From Planctomycetota bacterium (GTDB lineage Bacteria; Planctomycetota; UBA11346), in NCBI GenBank assembly GCA_038213805.1, contig JBBQSO010000082.1:1-23594 (forward strand): 23,594 bases of DNA. The letters are read 5' to 3'. Made by a program: the position numbers and the translations under genes. Below, in pieces: positions 17,528 through 23,594 of this stretch (positions within the stretch are counted from its first letter, which is position 1; each line of letters starts with the position of its first letter). The notes beneath the pieces are model-generated. The model was not told where the DNA came from and did not search any database. It was given only the letters and a program-made list of their open reading frames with translations.

Positions 17528-19828
17528 TCAGACCGTCTTGTACTTCTCGCGCAGGTGCTGACGAAGCACCTCGGCGAGGGTGTTGATGAGGAAGGTCAGC
17601 GTGAAGAGCAGCACCGCGCACAGGAACAGCGTGCGGTAGAGGGTCCCGTCCTTGGGCGCCTCGGGCAGCTCGGTGGCGATGGTCGCCGAGAGCGTGCGCA
17701 TGCCGTCGAAGATGTTGAAATTCATGACCGGGGTGTTGCCGGTGGCCATGACCATGATCATGGTCTCGCCAATCGCCCGACCGAAGCCGATCATCACGGC
17801 CGAGAAGATGCCGGCCGACGCGGTGGGCACCACCACGCGCAGCGCGGTCTGCCAGCGGCTGGCGCCGAGGGCGAGCGAGGCCGAGCGCAGGTTCGCCGGC
17901 ACGTTGGAGAGCGCGTCCTCGCTGATGGTGAAGATGATCGGAATGACCGCGAAGCCCATCATCACGCCCACCACCAGGCAGTTGTGCGGATCGAAGGTGG
18001 CGCCGGTGTGCTCGCGCCACCACTGCGGGAAGTCGCCGACCATGTGCTTACTCAGCGGGTCATAGGCGGTGAAGACCAGGCTTTCGAGCGCGGGGCCGAG
18101 GTTCCACGAGACCCAGCCCACAGCCAGCATCAGCGGCATGAAGGCGATGAACTCGTAGCCCGGCTTGATGCGGCTGCGCCAGCGCATCGGCAGGCGCGCC
18201 CACCACCAGCCGAAGAGCATGGCGGTGGCCGGTACGCAGATGCCCGCCATCAACAGCGACGGCACCCGGTGCTCGAGCAGTTGTGCCAACCACAGCGCAG
18301 CGAGGAAGCCGAGCACCACCGAGGGCATCGCGGCCATCACCTCGACGGTCGGCTTGACCAGCGACTTGAAGCGCGGGTGCATGAACTCGGCGGTGTAGAT
18401 CGCGCCGAGCAGCGCCAGCGGCAGGGCGAAGAGCATCGCGTAGAAGGTGCCCTTGAAGGTGCCGATGAGCAGCGGCACCAGCGACATCTTCGGCTCGTTG
18501 TCGTCGGAGCCGCCCGAGGACTGCCAGGAATACGCCGGTTGGCTGGCGCCCTCGTACCAGACCTTGCCGAACAGCGAGGCCCAGCCCGACTCCGGATGCT
18601 GGTCGTCGAGCGCGAACACGTGCACCTGCTGGTCCGATCCGAGCAGAGCGAAGGCAGTGTACTTGCTGCTCAGCGCCACCGCGTCGACCAGGAAGGGCTG
18701 CAGCTCCTCCCAGCGTACGGCGGCCGAGGTCAGGTAACGCAGCGAGGCGGTGTTGCCGGCGCCGACCAGGAAGGCCTTGTTGCGCGTGCTCGCAGCGTAG
18801 GCACCGATTCCGCCCGGCAGGTCGGTGAACTCCTTGGTCTGCCCGAACAGCCGGGTGTCGCTGCCGTCTTTCAGGAACAGGCTGAAGGCGCGGCACATCC
18901 CAGTGGGATTGGAAATCGCCAGGGAGACGTCGCCGAGCACGAAGTCCAGCGAGGCGATGCGCGCGTCGGCGCTGTTCTCGAACGGAGTGAAGGCTTGGCG
19001 CAGGACCAGATCGCCATCGCCGCTCAGCACGAAGTAGGCGACCCGCCCCTCGCTGGTCGACACCAGCAGGCTCTCGCCGCGACTGTCGACCAGCAGCCGT
19101 TCCGGCGTGCCAGTGATGAGCGCGGTGAGGTCAAAGCGCTTGCCCAGGGTGGCCGTCGCCGCGCCGTCCTCCTGGGTGAAGCTGGCGGCCAGGACCTGGC
19201 GCCTGCCGTCCTGCACGCGCAGCACGGCGGCCAGACGGCGCTCGCCGCTTTCGCCATAGCCTACCGCTAGCGTCCTGCCGGCGGCGACCGGGGCGCCCGC
19301 TGCCGCCTCAGGCGCGACGGCCAACAGCGTCGGTGGGGCGATGGTCGCGGTGACACCGGTCTGGGCATCGTTGCTGTAGGCGATGGTGGCGAGCGCCAGC
19401 GTCCCGTCGTCGAGACCGAGCATCAGGCGGTGGTTCAGGGCGTCATACCGTCCGGCACCCGCCTGCCGGCCGGCAGGCAGGGCGAGGGGCAGCTGCGCTG
19501 CCGGACGTTTCCTGGTTGTATCGAGCAGCACCACCGCGCCGGCGCGCGTCGCCACGAAGGGTAGGGCACCCCATTCGTCGATGCCCATGGCGACGACCTG
19601 ATCGGCACCGGTGCCTACCGGAAGCGGCAATGCCGGGCCCGGGGTCACGCTGGCCGAGCCGAACAGCGGGATGCACTTGCTGAGGATGAACAGGAAGATG
19701 GTGAACACCGCGATGATCACCGAGATGCCGCCGCAGCGGATGAACCAAGTCATGACCCGATCGACGGCCAGGGTCGCGAACGGCGTGGCGAAGCGCTGCT
19801 GATCGAGCTCGGTCTGGATCTGGGTCAC
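17528..19828 (-). CDS. pstC: Phosphate ABC transporter permease PstC (long form with large soluble domain)
   Basis: KVWYEG, WQSSGGSDDNEPK, KPTVEVMAAMPSVVLG, SEDAL, ALGASRWQT, GRAIGETMI.VMATGN. Confidence 0.95.
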   Translation of the reverse strand: MTQIQTELDQQRFATPFATLAVDRVMTWFIRCGGISVIIAVFTIFLFILSKCIPLFGSASVTPGPALPLPVGTGADQVVAMGIDEWGALPFVATRAGAVVLLDTTRKRPAAQLPLALPAGRQAGAGRYDALNHRLMLGLDDGTLALATIAYSNDAQTGVTATIAPPTLLAVAPEAAAGAPVAAGRTLAVGYGESGERRLAAVLRVQDGRRQVLAASFTQEDGAATATLGKRFDLTALITGTPERLLVDSRGESLLVSTSEGRVAYFVLSGDGDLVLRQAFTPFENSADARIASLDFVLGDVSLAISNPTGMCRAFSLFLKDGSDTRLFGQTKEFTDLPGGIGAYAASTRNKAFLVGAGNTASLRYLTSAAVRWEELQPFLVDAVALSSKYTAFALLGSDQQVHVFALDDQHPESGWASLFGKVWYEGASQPAYSWQSSGGSDDNEPKMSLVPLLIGTFKGTFYAMLFALPLALLGAIYTAEFMHPRFKSLVKPTVEVMAAMPSVVLGFLAALWLAQLLEHRVPSLLMAGICVPATAMLFGWWWARLPMRWRSRIKPGYEFIAFMPLMLAVGWVSWNLGPALESLVFTAYDPLSKHMVGDFPQWWREHTGATFDPHNCLVVGVMMGFAVIPIIFTISEDALSNVPANLRSASLALGASRWQTALRVVVPTASAGIFSAVMIGFGRAIGETMIMVMATGNTPVMNFNIFDGMRTLSATIATELPEAPKDGTLYRTLFLCAVLLFTLTFLINTLAEVLRQHLREKYKTV

Positions 19829-19890
19829 GTCCGTCTCGCAGATATCGGGAGAGGTGCGGTGGTCATAGCGCGCTGCGTCGTGCGGCGGAC

Positions 19891-19962
19891 GCCGCAGGGT
19901 CCTGGCCGTGGCCGGCCATGGCCCTGCGGCATGCGCCGGACCGGCCGGGAGATCCCGGCCGG
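19891..19962. terminator. GC-rich stem-loops between pstS and pstC
   Basis: GCCGCAGGG/CCCTGCGGC (19891-19930) and CCGGCCGGG/CCCGGCCGG (19941-19962). Confidence 0.45.
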
Positions 19963-19977
19963 CCGTCGCTGCCGCGC

Positions 19978-20964
19978 CTACTTGATGGCGGCGCTGGTTG
20001 ACTCGATGACCGCCGAAGGCAACGGGAAGTAGCCGTCCTTGACGACGATCTCCTGGCCCTGCTTGGCGAGCACGAACTTGATGAATTCCCCGACCAGCGG
20101 ATCAAGGGGCTGGCCCGGCTTCTTGTTGACGTACACATAGAGGTAACGCGAGAGCGGGTACTTGCCGTTCAGGCAGTTCTCGTAGGTGGGCTCGATGAAG
20201 TCGCCGCTCTTGTCGGCGAGCGGCAGGGCGTGCACGCTGGAGGTGACGTACCCGATGCCCGAGTAGCCGATCGCGGCGATGTCGCTGGCGACGCCCTGGA
20301 CGACCGCCGAGGAACCCGGCTGCTCCTTGACCGTCGACTTGTAGTCGCCCTTGCTCAAGGCGTGCTCCTTGAAGTAACCGTAGGTGCCCGAGGCGCTGTT
20401 GCGTCCGAACAGGGAAACCGGCTTGCCTGCCCAGTCGGCGAGGCCGAGGTCGCCCCAGGTCGCGGCGTTCTTGCCGCCGCGCTTCAGGGTGCTCGAGAAG
20501 ATGCTGTCGATCTGGGTCAGGGTCAGGCCCTTGATCGGGTTGTCCTTGTGCACGAACACCGCGAGCGCGTCGATGGCGACCTTGATCTCGGTGGGCTTGT
20601 AACCGAACTTCTTCTCGAAGGCGTCGATCTCGGTCGGCTTCATCTGGCGGCTCATCGGGCCGAGCTGGGCGGTGCCCTCGATCAGCGCGGGCGGCGCGGT
20701 GGTCGAGCCCTTGCCCTCGATCTGGATGACGACGTTCGGGTAGAGGCCCTGGAAGGTCTCGGCCCAGTAGGTCATCACGTTGTTGAGCGTGTCCGAGCCG
20801 ATCGAGTTGAGGTTGCCGGCGATGCCGGGCACGGTCTGGTAAGCCGCGATCTTCTCATCGACGACCACCTCGGCGCGCAGCGCGGTCAGGCCGCTGGCCA
20901 GGCACAGCGCGGCGGTGGCCACGGTGCGGAGGGGGATGGTGAACTGGGTGAGCAATGCGCGCAT
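19978..20964 (-). CDS. pstS: Phosphate ABC transporter substrate-binding protein
   Basis: Signal peptide; [45 protein letters not shown] upstream of ATG 20964. Confidence 0.96.
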   Translation of the reverse strand: MRALLTQFTIPLRTVATAALCLASGLTALRAEVVVDEKIAAYQTVPGIAGNLNSIGSDTLNNVMTYWAETFQGLYPNVVIQIEGKGSTTAPPALIEGTAQLGPMSRQMKPTEIDAFEKKFGYKPTEIKVAIDALAVFVHKDNPIKGLTLTQIDSIFSSTLKRGGKNAATWGDLGLADWAGKPVSLFGRNSASGTYGYFKEHALSKGDYKSTVKEQPGSSAVVQGVASDIAAIGYSGIGYVTSSVHALPLADKSGDFIEPTYENCLNGKYPLSRYLYVYVNKKPGQPLDPLVGEFIKFVLAKQGQEIVVKDGYFPLPSAVIESTSAAIK

Positions 20965-21010
20965 TGCAGGCTCCGGGGGTGGGTTTGATGCCCGGCAGCG
21001 TGCGTGCGAT

Positions 21011-21039
21011 TGTGAAGATTGGTTGAAGATCGGGTCAGA
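21011..21039 (-). promoter_or_regulatory. Putative Pho box upstream of pstS
   Basis: Minus strand TCTGACC-cgat-CTTCAAC-caat-CTTCACA: three heptamers at exact 11-bp period, 46 bp before the pstS ATG. Confidence 0.65.
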
Positions 21040-21040
21040 G

Positions 21041-21196
21041 AGTCCGGAAGTCCGGGAGTCCGGAAGTCCGGGAGTCGGAGACATCCAAACCATTGATATC
21101 GGCGTATTTACCTGCGGTTTTCAGGTACGCAGGGAAAGCAGGCAGTCGACGCGTCACGAGACTTCCGGACTCCCGGATTTCCGGACTCCCGGACCC
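21041..21196. repeat. Inverted octamer-array element (GTCCGGRA family) at btaB 3' end
   Basis: (GTCCGGRA)x4+GTCGGA at 21042-21079; complementary array 21160-21196; ~80-nt spacer with CCTGCG/CGCAGG stem. Confidence 0.92.
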
Positions 21197-21918
21197 GTCA
21201 CCGGTTTGCGTCCGATGAAGCGGTAGTACGGCGCAGTGATCCCGGGCAGGTAGGGCACGCTGCCGCGGCACTCGCTGAGCGCGACCGGCAGGGTGCGCGT
21301 CAGCAGATAGGGCAGGTGGTCGGGGCTGGGGAAGACGCCGTCATGGGCGAACCACCACGGCCAGAAGTGGCGGGTGAGGCCGCCCTGCGGCTGGCACTGC
21401 GGCGGCGGGTCGCGTCGCGCCACGTAGAAGTCTACCACCCCGAGCAGGCCGCCCGGCTTGAGCATGGCCAGGGCATTGTCGACGGCCAGGAACCAGTCGG
21501 GGATCATGCTCAGCGAGTACGACAGGTAGACACAGTCGACCAGTTTCGGCGGCTTGAACAGCGCTGCGTCCGCCTCGACGCAGCGCACGTTCTCCCAGCC
21601 CTGGCGGGCGCAGCGCGCGCGCGCCTCGGCGAGCAGCGATGGGCAGAGGTCGACGATGGTCACCTCCGCGAAGGTGGCCAGGCGTGGCCCGAAGTACTCC
21701 AGGTTGCGGCCGGTGCCGCAACCCATCTCCACCACCGTGCCGCCCGTCGGAACCACCAGCGAGGTCAGCAGCTCCTGCCGGCCGTGCAGCAGTTTCTCGC
21801 GGAAGCGGTCGTAATCCCGCGCCTGCGGGCGGTAGAAGCCCTCAAGGCGGTCCTGCAGGCGCTCTGCGCGCGGTTGGCCGCGCAGCATGCGCGAGAGCAC
21901 GGTGAGATCGCTCAGCAT
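21154..21918 (-). CDS. btaB: SAM-dependent methyltransferase, betaine lipid synthesis BtaB-like
   Basis: LEGFYRPQARDYDRFREKLLHGR, SAM motif VEMGCGTG, SYSLSMIPDW, LGVVDFYV; adjacent to btaA; AAGGA RBS. Confidence 0.85.
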   Translation of the reverse strand: MLSDLTVLSRMLRGQPRAERLQDRLEGFYRPQARDYDRFREKLLHGRQELLTSLVVPTGGTVVEMGCGTGRNLEYFGPRLATFAEVTIVDLCPSLLAEARARCARQGWENVRCVEADAALFKPPKLVDCVYLSYSLSMIPDWFLAVDNALAMLKPGGLLGVVDFYVARRDPPPQCQPQGGLTRHFWPWWFAHDGVFPSPDHLPYLLTRTLPVALSECRGSVPYLPGITAPYYRFIGRKPVTGPGVRKSGSPEVS

Positions 21919-22064
21919 ACTGAGTCCTTTCAGGGTGGTGGATTGGCCGCCCGCGCGGGGATGGCGGAAGCAGAAGTGGACATCGGGGGCCCAAGGACCG
22001 GAGGCTTGTCGAGGGTCTCTCCGGCTTTCAGCGCGCCCAGGTTCCGGGCTCCGGTCCCCGCATC

Positions 22065-23276
22065 TCAGCGCGGCAGGATGTCGGCGATGTGGAAGCTGGC
22101 GTAGGTGCCGACGCGGTCCTGACGGTGCAGGCGCTCGGCAAGTGGTCGATCGAAGGCCAGGTGATCCATCAGCCGGTGGTTGGGTCCGGCGCTGGTCAAC
22201 GTCACCGCATCGAGGAAGCGCGGCTCGGGCGCGGCGCTGCGGAAGATCGCGCGCGCGCCGGGCGCCGCGCGGTCCAGGATCGCTGTCCACTCCTCGGCCA
22301 GGGCTTCCGGGTGGTACCAGCTCATCCAGTCCATGTGGTCGAGCAGCACGAGCTTGTCGATGCGCTCGCGGCTGGCGCGCAGGAAGCCGGTGATGGTCGT
22401 GGTGTGCGGCGCGATGCAGTCGGCCAGGCCGCCCTTGAGCGCGGCAAAATTCGCCGGCTTGAGGTACTCCGGACAGCACTCGCGCGTGTAGGCGCCGCGC
22501 AGGTAGAGGGTCCAGAAGTAGTTCGACCAGATCGGCAGTTGGCGGAAGACGTAGTCGATCGAGGTGCGGATGAAGCCGGCGATGCCGTGCTGGTGGCTAT
22601 CCTGCACCTCGCGCGCCTGGGGATAGGGTACGCCGAGCAGACTCATGGTGGTGCGCCGCGATACCGCCCAGTTCATCGGCCGGTTCCACAACTGTGGTAC
22701 CACCTCGCGGTCGTAAATCTCCTGCTGCTCGGGCAGCGAGCGCGCCAGCAGCAGGCGGTCGACGCTGGTGCGCAGGCGCGGGTGGTGCTCGACCAAGGCC
22801 CCAGCCACGCGCGCCACCAGCCCGGACAACCCGAAGAAGTAGAAGCTGCGCCGCCAGCCGGAGCCGGCGAACCAGTGGATTCGGCGATCCCAATAACTGA
22901 CCGCGAACGGCGACAGGTCGGCGCGCAGCACGTCGTGGTACATCTGCTCGAAGCGCCCGCTGCGCCCGTGGCCGAACAGGGCGAAGAAATCGTCGAAGTC
23001 GAGGCGGCGGATGCCCGCCAGCTTGAGCTCGAGCAGCGCAGTCTGGCGCGGGTTGGCGTCGACCGCATGGATGCGCCGCGGTCCGGCCAGGGCGTAGTCG
23101 AGGACGTTGCAGCCCGCGCTGGTGATCACCAGCATGGTGTCGGTAGTCGCGATGTTCAGCGCCGCGCGGTCGAGCGCGGGATCTTCCCAACAGGTGTTGT
23201 AGACCAGCGAGCGTCCGTACATGACGTTGAACACGCGGTTGTGCAGGCGCTCGGCGGGGGTGGGTTGGCGCTTCAC
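22065..23276 (-). CDS. btaA: SAM:diacylglycerol 3-amino-3-carboxypropyl transferase (DUF3419), BtaA
   Basis: LVYNTCWEDP..D..AL, ITSAGCNVLDY, AVDANPRQ.ALLELK, NYFW, PEYL, LLDHMDWM, DRVGTYASF; GTG start uncertain. Confidence 0.9.
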   Translation of the reverse strand: MKRQPTPAERLHNRVFNVMYGRSLVYNTCWEDPALDRAALNIATTDTMLVITSAGCNVLDYALAGPRRIHAVDANPRQTALLELKLAGIRRLDFDDFFALFGHGRSGRFEQMYHDVLRADLSPFAVSYWDRRIHWFAGSGWRRSFYFFGLSGLVARVAGALVEHHPRLRTSVDRLLLARSLPEQQEIYDREVVPQLWNRPMNWAVSRRTTMSLLGVPYPQAREVQDSHQHGIAGFIRTSIDYVFRQLPIWSNYFWTLYLRGAYTRECCPEYLKPANFAALKGGLADCIAPHTTTITGFLRASRERIDKLVLLDHMDWMSWYHPEALAEEWTAILDRAAPGARAIFRSAAPEPRFLDAVTLTSAGPNHRLMDHLAFDRPLAERLHRQDRVGTYASFHIADILPR

Positions 23277-23372
23277 TATCGGCCCTCGGATGTGGTCCGT
23301 GCACGGTGCACGGTGGGCGGAAGGCGGGCCGGTGCAGCCTCGATGCTTCCACATGCCGACGTTGCCGGTGGC

Positions 23373-23390
23373 GGTCAGGGACGTGTGAAG
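23373..23390 (-). promoter_or_regulatory. Putative Pho box upstream of btaA
   Basis: Minus strand CTTCACA-cgtc-CCTGACC, 11-bp period, near-identical heptamers to the pstS site. Confidence 0.5.
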
Positions 23391-23501
23391 GCGCCAATAA
23401 TTTTCTTGGTGGCAGAGCGCGGATGGATCGTGCATTACATAGCCGAACCGGTGCCAGTGCGGAGATCGTCCAGGAACTCGGAAGTGCACAAATTCTCACA
23501 T

Positions 23502-23594
23502 GCTGAAACCGGCGCGAAGCACCGGTTTCAGCCATCAGCCATCAGCCATCAGCCATCAGCCATCAGCCATCAGCCATCAGCCATCAGCCATCAG
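23502..23594. repeat. Hairpin plus (CCATCAG)n heptamer array, truncated at window end
   Basis: GCTGAAACCGG-CGCGAAGCA-CCGGTTTCAGC then nine exact CCATCAG copies at 23532-23594. Confidence 0.95.

Noticed and set aside
11609..19270. Long plus-strand ORFs (878, 621, 373 aa etc.) opposite pho/pst genes
   Set aside because: Typical stop-poor antisense frames of high-GC coding DNA; no recognisable motifs.
20965..21093. N-terminal extension of PstS in the ORF track
   Set aside because: It translates the repeat array and Pho box; the signal peptide and RBS fit ATG 20964.
21100..21150. TCAGGTACGCAGGGAAAGCAG as SRP RNA domain IV
   Set aside because: No GNRA-capped paired stem between CAGG and AGCAG, and it lies inside a repeat spacer. 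No SRP RNA signature was found beside ffh either.
23486..23500. GCACA..TCACA as an extra Pho box
   Set aside because: 10-bp spacing and wrong strand relative to btaA.
6955..23594. Repeat arrays as CRISPR
   Set aside because: Units are 7-8 nt, directly tandem, with no unique spacers between them and no cas genes.

Overview
GC-rich bacterial chromosomal segment; the HEAT-repeat exported protein, Hanks kinase remnant and extended GGQ protein suggest Planctomycetota/PVC, but this is inference only. The left half is housekeeping: an MlaE-type permease, a LacI regulator with a double operator over its own start, rpe, dgt, a decayed Ser/Thr kinase, an MFS transporter, queD/PTPS, a STAS protein, an RF-like GGQ protein, folK and ffh. 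The right half is a co-oriented minus-strand phosphate-starvation locus: btaA-btaB (betaine lipid DGTS synthesis), pstSCAB, phoU, phoB, phoR and a HEAT-repeat gene, with matching 11-bp-period Pho-box-like sites before btaA and pstS. The least explained signal is six elements built from 7-8-nt tandem arrays (CGCACKC, GTCCGGRA, CCATCAG). Where both arms are visible the arrays are inverted and bracket hairpin-rich spacers, and five of the six lie at or just past visible gene 3' ends. Two copies add the same 12-aa tail ([12 protein letters not shown]) to unrelated proteins, QueD and BtaB. All calls come from reading the sequence and motifs by eye; no database searches were run.
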